A stretch of DNA of 63,014 bases, filler included, from Choristocarpus tenellus KU-1152 (Eukaryota > Protista > Phaeophyceae): assembly GCA_964200185.2 (NCBI GenBank). It is 6 parts of 6 records of this genome, joined end to end, with 100 filler letters (N's around TTAATTAATTAA, not from the genome) between each part and the next. Parts side by side here need not be neighbours in the genome. Positions count along the whole stretch, not along the records: positions 1 to 28,709 come from CAXNAD020000120.1; 5 more parts are not named here. One strand, written 5' to 3'. The translations under genes were made by a program, and so were the position numbers. Shown piece by piece: positions 1 to 12,600 of this stretch; the stretch's first letter is position 1, and each line of letters starts with the position of its first letter. The notes under the pieces are model-generated. The model was not told where the DNA came from, searched no databases, and worked only from the letters and a program-made list of their open reading frames with translations.

Positions 1-56
1 ATGAAAAAATTGACCCCAAATGGACAGCCGCCACCCCCTCCCAGATACTTTGAGCC
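1..56 (+). mobile_element. MITE family A, partial copy (right end)
   Basis: Ends CCCAGATACTTTGAGCC and matches the copies at 8732, 47878, 57390 and 57899. Confidence 0.85.
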
Positions 57-2599
57 TTTGCTTTGGGCAGCAGAGGAGAAGAAGGAGCGTGGCCTGACTC
101 CTTCCGTCTTTGTGGGTAAGGGAGCTTGTGTTGAAGTGAAGGTGCTCTGTGAACGTATAACCTATACATGCGAACTATGGTAAGTATCATACCTAATAGA
201 ACAGTAGTAGAGTTTCCTATCTACAACCTTTCTGGTAGAATATCCTACCTCACCCCTGCGCTCCTTACACATTGCTTCTATGACAAGGGAGGGCCACCCC
301 ACATTCTTCTTATGGTCTGACTCTTGTATATTTCTATAGGATTGAAACACATTGGAAGTAGAAATTTTATATCAGAATCGTTTTTTTTACCATGCATAGT
401 AGGACTCAAACTGTGAACAACTGGCTAAGAGAAAAACAGATCCATATATCTGGTGCTGTCACACACAGACAGTCAGCAGACAGATAGACACACAAGGATT
501 ACTTGGCCTTACATGACACATCTGTGTGACTGATGATTGCCAAATGTATAGAGCTGGTGCTAGGAAGTATGGTTTTATGAAATTTCAGGATTTTTATTCT
601 TTGAAACAAGTATACAAGGGCAAGCGGGTGAGCCTATGTGCAAAGGCAATACCTAGTATTGGAAACAAGATGAAGTATCATGTTGAGGTGTAGGATGTAG
701 AAATGTACTCCTCCAGTATGGAAGATGTATAGATGAATATTAGGACTTAAACCTCATCAACTCAGCAAAAGGAGAAACAGCTTGAAAGGGCAGGAATTAC
801 TTGGTTTTATAAGGTACATACATGAGAGGGACTCAAAGAGACAGTGCTGGTCATTTTATTGGATTTCGGAACAGAATTTTTATGTGCGAGAGAGCGCACG
901 GGAAAGCCTTTGCATAAGGATGAAAACCAGCACTGGTAACATACAGACACGCACACAACAGACGGACAAACAAAATATATATATGGCTTTACACTGTACG
1001 TATGTGAGACAGCTGGTACTGGAAAAGTTTGCTTGGATTAATACAGTAGGTACATGAGAGAGCCGGTACTGGTAACATACGAGCAGACAGATAGACAGAT
1101 AGACAGGTGGATTGACTGACAGGAATCAGTTGTTTTTTCACAGTGTGTACATGAAAGCAGACCCAAACATTGTAAGGTCCCCTATCGGACATATTGTTCC
1201 AGCTCAACACCTCCCAAAGTTCAATAATATCATATCGTTATTGTTGTGCATGTTGAAACATAGACTACTCCCTCTGTCATTCCTAGATACACTACAGTAC
1301 CATCAACTAATGTCAAATGTTGGCCTGACCACTAATAGTGATTCCTTAGTGTACAATTACCAACATTGCATTATACCAATCTGCACAGTACATTGTCTCG
1401 ACTTACCATTACACCATGCATGGTTATAGTGTTGAAACATAGGCTACTCCTCCACGATTTATAGATGCAATTCAGTACCATTATGCAGTGTTGACTGTTA
1501 GCCCGTCCACTAGTAATGATTCTTTAGTTGGCAAGTATCCACATCACATACATACTGCCCTGCACTGTATATGACACATGCATTAGTCAACAAAGAATTA
1601 AACTCAAGTATTTTTTTATTTTTTTCATACATCAAACCCTGGTATCTCGTTTTATAGCTTTTTATTGGAAGGACCTCTTCTGGCATCCAATCCACTCTGC
1701 AATAAGTATACCTCTACCCACATCTGGATGAGATGCTTACTGAGATAATACATCAACAAGCCTCTACTCTTAGTATCCATCACTATCCTGGACCACAGTA
1801 CTGAATAGCGCTGTACTTCAGAGTATCCAATCAGTCTCTTCACAGCGCATATCAAAAGACATATCACATTGAATTTCACCAGTGGTTCAGTGCACTAGGT
1901 CACCTCTTTGCTGCAAGACTCCAAGTCTCTACACAGACTACTTCACCAGAACCACCAATTCATGCAACTCAAGGTGTTAACAGTGCCAAAATATAATATT
2001 AGAACCTCGAATTGTTCAAAAAAAGTATTGCGATGATAAGACGCATGCGGTGCCATTGTAGCATAATTTCGACTGAACACTGTCCAAAATGTTACAACAG
2101 CTCAACATAGTGTTAACACTGCAACTTCTGCCGCTACTGCTGCTATACATACTGCGAATGCGTTACACAATCAAGTTAAAGTGACCAATTTTGTGATGAG
2201 CGATGTCGTTTACTCCCCCCATGCTGGGGCATGTGAGACTGCTTGCTGCACACATACGTTGATAAAATAAGTATAGATTGAGCTGACTGTCCATGGGAAA
2301 GCAAGAGAAAGAAAAATATAACGATTTATTACTACCGCATGTACAAGTCAGCATGTACATGTTCACTATTGTAAAATAATACTTCCTCCGTTAGAAATAA
2401 AATGTAACATAACTTTTGCAAGCTCCGATCTTGCCTGGGAATGGCCCGAATCATAAACCTGCTGGACAAGGCGTAGGTCCCATATAGATCAGGAGATGTG
2501 TAAGGTTTGAGATGGTGGGCTGTCATGACTGTTGAGGATCACCAGTGTAAAGTCGACCAAGTTGCATTTGACTGTGTTCAAAAACCTCACAAGCTCCCA

Positions 2600-3960
2600 A
2601 AACGGGTGTTTGTTGGGATGCCTAGGAGGAAGGGCCCTCATCGTTTGAGTGGCTCGCTCATCTTATCATCACCTGTCAGTCCTAGTTCTTTGGGCCAAAA
2701 GTCTCTCTGGGGTTCAGACTCAAAACACCCCGATGAAGAACAGCATGGCGGCGCAATGCCTGGAGGTAAGAGGGCACAAGACTTAGATACCTCAGAGGAT
2801 GGCGGTGACCATCACAAAGGACTTTGGAATTTCCCAAATCACCGTGTTCTGTCATCTGAAAGAGTACGAGAGCCAGATCAAATGGGGTGAATGCATGGAC
2901 ATTATTTGGTTTTGTAAGGGATGATGTGGCCACCATACAAGTATTCTCAACGTTTGGGATGTCCCATTGGTACATCACACACCCCTCTGCAAATGGGAGA
3001 CCAAAGTTGGGGTATCTCTTGCCTCGTTATGGGATCTGTACAAGGCTGAGAAGGTGAAGAAGGTGAAGAAGGTGAAGTGATGGATTAAGTCAGTCCTCCC
3101 AGACCAGCATAATCTCTACAGGGTGGGTTTGGTCATCAGCCACACAAACAAAAGGGGGGGGAAGTGGGGTATTAATGGAAAATCTATATGACTGGGTGCA
3201 TGAGAACGATATATGGTTTTGTATCGTCAAAGGTGGGCAAGGTGTGTACCTGCACTCCACTGAGGACCCATCCAAACCCCCATGGGCCCGGAATAATTGT
3301 TAAATTACGAAGGTGATGTTCCTAGCAGGTGCGGCCCACCCTTGGAACGTCTCCAATAGGTGTGGTTCAATGGGAAAATCGGAATCTGGCTAATCATGGA
3401 CGCTAAGGCCACTCAGCACTCCGGCAAACATCACCCCAAGGGCACCAAGGTTCTTGTGCCAGCCACAATGGATGGGGAGAGATGTAAGGAGCTGATGATG
3501 GAGGATGTCATCCCAGCAATCAAGGCCTACATGCCTAGGCTGGAAGGATACACCATGTTCATGTAGCAGGATGGGGCAAAGCCACACACCAAGGGGGAGA
3601 TCATGGAGGCAATCAAGGAGGCGGTGGGGTATGATATTGTCATTTGAGACCCAGCCAGTCAACTCACCTGACCTCAACGTCAGTGACCTGGGATTCTTTC
3701 ATTTCATCCAACAACTGAAGGAAGACACGGGGTGACCAACATAGAGGAATTAGTGGAGACCACAATAGAGGCATTCAATATGTACCCCTGAGAGCACGTC
3801 TGGCAGAGCCTCTTTGCAGTCTACGGTGAAGTGCTGAGTAAATGGGTGGCAGTGTCTTCAAAATTCCCCACCTTAGGAGGGAAAAGGCTGAGAAGGCGGG
3901 CAAGCTCGCCTTGAATGCCCTGGTGGATGCAGTGAAATACTGTGCTGGAATGGAGTTTTT
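2600..3960 (+). mobile_element. Decayed Tc1/mariner transposase (plant-mariner/stramenopile DDxD type)
   Basis: Fragments across stops and frameshifts: ITKVMFLA, WFNGKIGIW, VIPAIKA, *QDGAKPHT, QPVNSPDLNVSDLGFFHFIQ. Boundaries approximate. Confidence 0.85.
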
Positions 3961-6900
3961 GAGGGCTTTGGGGGTGGAATGTTAGATAGGTGTAGGCTGC
4001 CCGATTTTGCTTGAGATTTTGGTTGGCAGCCTTTGAGTGCCTGAGCAATATACCCCATAAAATACGAACATGTGAAAAACAAACTTGCTTCTTCATTGGG
4101 GCTGTAAAAGTTATGTCACATTTTCTTCTGAATGGAGGAAGTATGAAGTCTTTGAAATGGTGTAGACTCTGCCAGTCTCCAGGTCCCTCTGTCACCCAGG
4201 ACATTGCCCGCAATAGCCTTTGTAACCTGTACTCATCAGTAGGCAATTGCCCGCTGTAGGTTGAGGATGCACTAAACTGAGCTACTTGTATTTCCATGGA
4301 GAGGACAGTGGGATAACCAGGTGAGTTGCCAGGGCGTGTTGCTTTGTGCTTTTATTGTGGGAATCATTTCGTGGCCATTTCATAGACCATCGACGTTGAT
4401 ACCCTGTAGCCAGAAGTCCCCTTCTGCCGCAATCATTATTGAGATTCACAACACCAGCATCCTTTTGGGCTTGTAGCCCTTCCAAATCATTGAGATGGTA
4501 TTATTATTGCTCTTAAACCAGGAAAGTAGATACAGCTGAAGAATTGGCGGCATGCCAATTTTGAGGGCAAATCAGAGATTCTCGCTGACCAGAGATGGTG
4601 GGTGAGATATCGGTATATTGGTATGATGTTATTAACATTACACTGTCAATGTACAAGAATTCAGGTAGGAGTACAAACTAATGCGTAGTGCGAAAACCCA
4701 CCCACTACAAGGGATCTTTTGACCATTGTAGTTTAATTTAAACACTTTCGCAGTGGAAAATTTTAAACGCTTTTATAAGCAAGTAGAGAGTTTCCTGGTT
4801 GAGTTGCCCATATTGATTGGGGAAGAGGAATTGGGGGGTATTGTAGAAAGGGGGCTAGTAGATCCTGTTTGAGGCAGATATTGCCCTTCACTGAAAAGAT
4901 GACTCTCTCAAGACACTTCATGCATCCCTACCTAGAGACACTGGGCAGGTGAGCAGGAAGGGCCGAACAGGTTCTGGAGATGCTTCCGTAGCTCCTCACT
5001 CATCTTTGTGGGGTAAAGCCAGGTTCGAAGAATAGAAGTGTACACATTAATTTGTACAAAACGATATTAAAGAGGATATTGTAGCATTTTTTACTTGTCA
5101 AATAATACATTTTTTGGGGAGGTGCTTTAGCACTCTTGGTATCTGTCGTATCCACTGTTGTCCTTGCCATACATTTTTTTTGCCCTCCCCTGATATATCT
5201 GTAAATTGTCATAGGGCATAATAATACCTAATAATTCTTACAACCTTCTGTTTCTTTTACAGTCATACTGTTCCGCCGACTCCATTATTTTTCATATTTA
5301 TTCTTGTCTCAATTAAATATCCTTGTACATCGAGGAGGTGTCCTCGTGTGTGACTCAGTGATAAAATATGGTGTGACCTACATGAATTTTGCGGGCTCAA
5401 ACCCCTTTGATGCTAGACATCTTTTCACGAAAATCTGGTTTTGACAATGCTTTTCAATTTTAGCAACCATGTTGGATTGTGTATCTCTACTATATTGCCT
5501 GTGTTACACCACAACTAAGCCTGTCCAAGATCAAGGTGGAACAAGTTTGTGGCGAGGGGGGGGTCCATCTCAAGATTCACGATGAGCGATGGGAATGCTG
5601 AACCCAACGCATGAGAAGCAAGGCAGAAGGAGAGGCTGTGCAATTAGTATTACAGTATTTCAGCAGTCCACAACGGATCATGCACGACTAATACACAGCA
5701 AATAACAATGAAGTAATAAGGCTGAATCATGGGAGGTGAAAACTCATAAAGAACATGAGTGAGGTGCTGAACGTACAAAAGGGAAGAAGCCAAGAAACCA
5801 AGTTGCTAGCCTTGAGTCAAGCTGAAAAATGTGCCTGGATGAAAAAGTTAAAGCTGAAGAAAGCTGAGGAGTGAAGGAGAGGAGAAAAGGAGAGAGTAAG
5901 CTGAGGGAGAACATTGTTGCCTGCTCCTTAACTGAGAAAACATTTTGAGTGTTGGAGATTGAGGATGTAGAAGTGAACGATGAAGAGCAGGAAGATGATA
6001 CAGATGAGGTGGATGGAGAAATGGAAGTAAGTAGATCATTAAGGAAACAAAGGAGCTGAAGGTCACATGATATTTAGTGTCTGTCATTAGCAATATGCAC
6101 ACATGTCTCTACTCTGTTCGCTTTTCATGCCTTGTAGACCAAATACCTTGAACTACTTTACTACTACACCTACAGTAAATCTTGTATTTCTTGAGTCCTG
6201 TACCACTCCCAACAGAACCACCTATACCTATGCAAGTGTCTTAACCCTAACCCGTTACCAGTATATGCTTACTCATGTATAACCTTGAAATATAGATGCT
6301 TTTCCCCACCGATGTGTAATCTTCACCCTGCAATCTCAAAACACCTGAAATAGCTTCACATCTTGATCTATTTATCAAAATCCACTTTTTTCCAATCATA
6401 GCATGCGATGCCCCTTGCCCTCAGGTTTTACCTCATGCAAAATTGATTCGATATAACCTAGAATTCCAAGAATTACTGTTATATGCCTACCTCTTTTGCA
6501 ATATTATGTTGTTGGAACATCAACTGTTGGAGCATTAGTAGACTCTTGAGATACCGAGAAAGAAGTCAGCTGACTCCTTTCTAATAGCTCAGGGGTTTAC
6601 TAAAGTTTCAAGAAAAGCTAATCCTGGGGATCGCAAGATGTGAGACTTGATGAGATTTTGCCTGAGGTTTGCTATCCCCCTAATCAGTACCCTTGCATGG
6701 TTACACATCTGTTCAAAAGGCTAAATATGCTGCTGCAATACACAACCTCACTTCAGGTACTTTCTTGCCAAAGTTAGCCACTGATTAGAGGGATAGTAAT
6801 CCTATGGGGAAACATCACCAAAATCTAACAACTTGTGATCCCCGCTTTAGCTTTTGTTGGCTGACTGACTCCTTCGCGATAGCTTAGGGGTTCACCAAAG

Positions 6901-6989
6901 TTTCAACATACGTAGTGTGCAAATCATTACTATATTTTTGAACAGATGTAGTACATATGAACACCAACTTCAAGCATGTATCTTGTAAC

Positions 6990-7480
6990 AGTGAGTAGCC
7001 CGGCACACTTTGGTGTGTACCTTCAGCTTCTCCAACTACATCCTTTGAGTAAGCGTTCTTCAACATTCACATGTCCTATCATTCTCAAATCCAAGCCAAT
7101 GTACCAATACCTCTTACACAGTCCAGCCTAAGGTAAGGACCTTAAGGATGGCAGTCATTTCGAGCTTGACTTGGTCATGTGCACAATGGAATTGTCTACA
7201 AATCCGTTGTGACATCCAAATCGCTATTCCTACAAGAACACAATTGGGACACATGTATCTCATCTAGATACTCTACAGATTATATTCTAGACATGTTAGA
7301 ACCGGAGGTGGTCTGCAGCAATAATCTTCCATGGCCTAGTTCAAGTGCTCACAAGTTTTGGTGTGACACCCCTCTTCTGTACCCTGACCAACAAGAATAA
7401 TCACTATAGGAAACTTATCATCTTACCTTTGATGCCTACAAAAACATTTCTTGTTACTATTTCCCTATTGGAATGATGTG
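6990..7480 (-). mobile_element. Decayed Gypsy LTR retrotransposon fragment (integrase C-terminus plus chromodomain)
   Basis: Minus-strand fragments PKLVST*TRPWKII (GPW-like), HVSQL..SDLDVT and EVLVHWLGFENDRTCE (chromodomain), with many stops. Confidence 0.65.
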
Positions 7481-7659
7481 GCATATGTACATAGGGCAGG
7501 CGTGTGGTGCTAAAGTATGGGCAAGGCACTAAGAGTGTCCCCAAGTATTGAAGTATTCTCCCACTCAGAACTGCTGCTCAGTCGTTGCCACTGTGGAACA
7601 GGCGGAAAATGTCAGACAGGTTTCTCAGACTGAATGGGAGCAGGAAGACTCACAGGGGG

Positions 7660-9240
7660 AATGGAAGGGAGAAATATTGCAAAATGCTCTGCAGACTGAC
7701 TATGATGGGATATGTAACTCCAATCCACAAGCCTGTAGGCTGAAGATGAGACTTGTAGAGGGCGCCACAATGGAAATATATTCAAATATGCTGGATCTCT
7801 CACTTTATCACTTTATTGCTTTGTTTAGGTTCTACAGAAAGGACTGTACAAATATATATGACTTATGTATGGTCTCATAGTGACAAATAAATAAATATAG
7901 GACTTCACTGGACTGGTGGCACTTATAAAATCACCATTAAGACCCATTGCCTGTGACATGCACGCCCATCACGAATCACAACTGCTTCAATATGAAGAAC
8001 AAGTCATTAGACAAAGATATAAAATCACACTCTTTATCCCATCATGAACGCAACAGAAATGAAATGAATGTCACTTCCAGGTCCTAATAAATCACTAGGA
8101 AGCATTGGAGGAGGAGGAAACCTGGAGGAAAAAACCCTTCCAACGTTTGACATGATGATAGATATGCTAGTGTGACACTCGCATTGCACGGCACTAACTC
8201 TGCATTTGACTCAACGTTCAAGAGACAACCTCCTCCACTAGAGGCTCACATTCATGTCAAAATAGGGTACTGCCATAAAAGGACTCTCCCCCTTTCAAAA
8301 CCAAAACCAAAAATATATATAGACAAGAATCATATGGAACAAAGAAATAGGGTACTACTGCCGTAGAAAGACTCTCCCTCCGCAAGAACTATGAACATAG
8401 ACAAATGCAGAGACCCTGAAGCTATAATCTCGAGTGCAGGTCATTGATGTGGACATGAGTGAACTGCCTCACTCATGGACACAAGGAGCATTCCTCGCTG
8501 AGGGTGTGGCATCTGAGCCACATAAGTGATGAAGCAGACCCTTTCGCCCCCAATTTGAGAGGTGTTGAGATGGAGATGACTCCAGGACATCGCAAAGAGT
8601 TGACAAAACCATGAGGAATGAGTCCAGGTTGCCCGACCATACAAACCAGTCCCATGTGGTGAGCTGAGTATTTTCTCCAGTATGGAGGGACAAGGTAGGA
8701 CCTCCATGTTACAAAACGCTCCACAAGCTTAGGCTCAAAGTATCTGGGTGGGAGTGGCGGCTTTCTATTTTGGGTCAATTTTTTCATGTCGCGATTTTTG
8801 TGTGATTTGGTTGCATACGCCAGATGGATAATATAAGTGTACTTTTCCTGGTTATGGTCTGAATGGACCCCCTGGTGTAGACCGCCCCCCCTCCCCAGAT
8901 ACTTTGGGACTGACCATGATATATGTAGCTCCAATCCACAAGCCCTGTTGGCTAAAGATCAGCCTCATAGATTGCACCATAATAATGAAAATATATTCAG
9001 ATGTGCTGGATCTCTCATTTTGATTATTTCGCTTTATTGGTTTCATTGGGGTATGCAGAAAGGACTGAACAAACAAACACGGCATATGTATGGGCTCATA
9101 ATTAGGAAATAATTAATAGTCAAGACGTACAATACACAAGGTATAGGACTTCACGGTTATAGTTGCATTTATCAAACCACCATTAAGACCCATTACCTGC
9201 GACACAGAGACAATGCAGGAGGAAAATTAACCCTCGCAAG
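7660..9240 (+). repeat. Diverged direct duplication (about 7660-7960 vs 8680-9205)
   Basis: Shared blocks TATGTAxCTCCAATCCACAAGCC, GCTGGATCTCTCA, CAGAAAGGACTG, TATAGGACTTCAC and CACCATTAAGACCCATT. Confidence 0.85.
8732..8910 (-). mobile_element. MITE family A, full copy (~180 bp)
   Basis: TIRs GGCTCAAAGTATCTGGG / CCCAGATACTTTGGGAC; flanks TTA/TGA. Confidence 0.88.
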
Positions 9241-9680
9241 GTCAGTCAGGAAAGGAGTGGGCATAGTAGGGGGGGGGTTTGTAACCTCCGCTCAACAACA
9301 CGATATTGACGTCATCAAGAAGTAATATTGACATCAAGAAATAGAGTGTGTGTCTTCTAACGGAAGGGCATTTTAAAGGTATATATCTTAGTAGGGAGGT
9401 GGGTATGACGTATTGGAAAAAGCTTGTTGATCAAACACAATTATAATTTCTTCTGATTTAGTGCAACTATAAGTGTTAGATGATTCAAGTCCCTTTTCAA
9501 AACAAGATCTAAAACAAGACTTTTCAATTATTGTAAGTGATGTCATTCTCCCACTTTTCGAAGAAATCGATGACACTATTGCCACTTCATAATACAGAAG
9601 CACATCGTTTAACGTGATGTTTAAGGGATACACCCCAAACACTCAGCACAACCTTGTTGTATTAGACGTCTTGAGATAAG

Positions 9681-12600
9681 ATGGTACGTCTGGTAGTTCG
9701 AAGAGCTTGTGCCATCCTCGATCAGCATGTTGATGGGACTTTCGCCCGGTTCTCAACTGCCAGTGTTGGCAAACCTTCAACAACAGACTCGTCCATTGTC
9801 TTGAATGCATTGAGACAAAGGATGAAGGATGGTCCCGGCTTGGCGGATTTCCTTGGATCGTCCAGCACTCACAAAGGGAATGAAAACATGCCGTCAGAAA
9901 CAAGTAAGGCTCGCTAGCTGGAGTTGATGGTTTCATGTTTTGGGTTGAGAACGAGGGCGAGTCACCTCTCACTCTTCAAGCACGTAACATATCGTGTCTC
10001 CCCTGAGCAAGTATGCATCAGACGTTTATGCTTATATCGCTTTTAATATGTTGAACTTCTAGCGTCCTCAACGCGCACGTCAAGTTGCTGTTCGCCTGGT
10101 GCAAATGGTATTGTGGGAAACTTATGGCAACAGTTATTGTGGCACTCTCTGCATAGCGATGAAGAGTCGGTGCATTTCTGCTCTGCCTTGTAGGGATCTA
10201 CAAGTGCCAGTAATGTTTGAGGCTTTGCAACAACGTGGTGCTGGCGTGATACACACTTGTTAACTTTCACCAATGTACCTTGAGAGATACAGAGGAGTGT
10301 GAGCGTGTCTTACGGGGTATTGTTACTGCTTGCTTGGGCGAAGCAAAGCTGTTACACTCGTTAAGGTTTGATGCAGAGCGTGTAGCCTCCCAGTTTAGGT
10401 CTTTTTTTCATCCAAAATCTTGCTATTTTTCTGCGTTTTCTCAGGTAGCCAAACAAGTCCTTCCCTGTCCATCGAAGCCATGAGGACGCTCGCGGCGCGT
10501 TTGCGGGAGGCTGAGACTGCGAAAAACAGAGCAGCTGAGGGTTTGGTAAATTCTGCCAATACTAGCATGCTCTCTGACTCCTATGGGCGTTTCCACAACT
10601 ACCTGCGCATCTCACTAACGGAAAGGTGAGATACTCCACAGTCGCACACATTGTCCATGAAACACTGGTTTTACATTTGTGTGCCGCCTGTCCCATGAAG
10701 TATTAGTAATTAGAAGATGATGCAAGGACCACATTGACAATCTTCGTGAGAACTTTCTAGATTTGATCTCGAAATTTGACTTTCAATAAATATTCTGGGA
10801 CAAAATTGATTGGACTTATCGTGAAATGGCGTCAAATGGACCTGAAATGAGGCCACACCGAAAAAGATCCTTGGATCGAAACAATCTTTTGGTTCATATA
10901 TGTAAGTCATCTATCTTTAGGAATAAAGAGTTATGCGAAGGGGACTTCACTGACAAAATTGTCTGCTTGAACTGTAGCTGTAACGATGTACAGATTGGAG
11001 ATAGAGTGTGAACATAGCCCATACTTGAAGCTCGTAACCACACTATGGATGCGTACAGAGATCACTATGGAGAAACTCAGTATGATGTAGAGTTCATAGC
11101 AAAAACGTAGGTTTTCCTCTCAAGACCAAGAATTTTCATGAGAAATTGGAAAAATATGCCATCTTAGATTTCGTGTTCTTTTGGTCTCAAAATTGAGATT
11201 GTTGTCTAGTCTCTTGTATTGTCAAAGCTATAAATACGTACCCAAATTGCCTTTCAAAACCCCCTTACAAAAACTCTTTGCTGGTTTTTGTAGAAAAGGA
11301 ATGGAATTCGAAGTTGGGAAAACACTAGTACCTGTGTCTTCATGACCTTGATCTGGATCTGTGTCCTTGTTTGGAAGGTTGTTAACTAGATAAAATGCTC
11401 CCAATGATCTGCTCCTTGCACTAGAATGCCTTTTTAAAACAAGATTTTCTTGGCAACCACCTTGGTTGAGGTGGAGGTTTATGGCGACACCATGGACGAT
11501 GTGTGTGGTACCATCAATCTCTACAAAACTGTTATGTGGAGGGTAGTTTAAGAAGCTTTGTTGCATAGACCATATGGTACTATCATCATCCTTGTCTTCT
11601 CTTTCCAATGTGAACCTCAGTAGGGACAAGAGGTGGAGTGACAATTGCTCACTTTTCATCACTCGCCAAGCCCTGTGTAGCAAATATTTCTCAGTGTACA
11701 CCAAATATTTGTGTTGGCATTCCAGGTGCAACTTGCGATGCATCTATTGCATGCCAGAAGCAGGTGTTGATTTACAAGCACAGAACAAAATGCTTACTAC
11801 AGAGGAGATTGTGCGATTAGGGGCCATGTTTGTCCATGCAGGGGTGGACAAGATTCGTCTTACTGGGGGAGAGGTGATAATTTTTCAACTTGCTTCTGAG
11901 TAATATTAAGAAAGTGTGAGGGTGTTTAGTTTGTATTGGGATGTGGGATATATATTTTTGTTTCTTGTGATATTTGATGGACAAATTGTTGTTTTTCTCC
12001 ATTGGTTAAGGTCCTTTGGTTTTTGCGAGAATAAACATATCCCAGGCTACATGTGCTCTGCAGTAGTGCATTACCCCTCCTGGTAGTTACAATTGCCAAG
12101 CAATGTTTCATCTTTCAATGACTCTGTTTTCCGTTCTTTGCTGGTTAGTGTCCCATTGAAACCATTTCATTACCCCAAATGCTTTCCAATACTACTGTGC
12201 CAGCCCCTGATAAGAAAAGATCTCACAGAGATTGTGAGTTCGTTGAGCTCACTGCCTGGTGTGCGGAATGTGGGTATAACTACAAATGCAATCACCCTTC
12301 GGAAAAAGTTGCCCTTACTGAGGGAAGCTGGACTTACACACATCAATGTGAGGTGTAGGGGTCATTGTGGAGGGATCATATTTTTTATGTGTGGAAACTG
12401 TGCATACTTTAATTGTACAAGACATGCTACTATTTTATTTGTATACCCTTCATAATTTACTTCATGATTGATGAATACTTGAGTTGGAAGAAAAGTAGGA
12501 AGAGACCCAGCTGTTGCCATTTGTAGCATAACAAATGACCTACCTCATGCTGACTCACCATTTCCCTCATTCCATTATCCACTGGGTGAATGTGTGTTAG

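Noticed and set aside
1-183. Recurrent short peptides such as KLTPNGQPPPPPRYFEP and YIIHPTYATK in several ORFs
   Set aside because: They are translations of MITE family A copies, not a protein family.
620-920. Possible LINE 3' remnant
   Set aside because: Only a vague resemblance; no diagnostic RT or endonuclease motif readable.
5345-5425. A-box/B-box-like tRNA-derived SINE head
   Set aside because: Boxes are degenerate, no cloverleaf forms and no second copy is evident.
11228-11743. 171-aa antisense ORF in CNX2 intron 2
   Set aside because: No recognisable motif; probably chance or decayed repeat.
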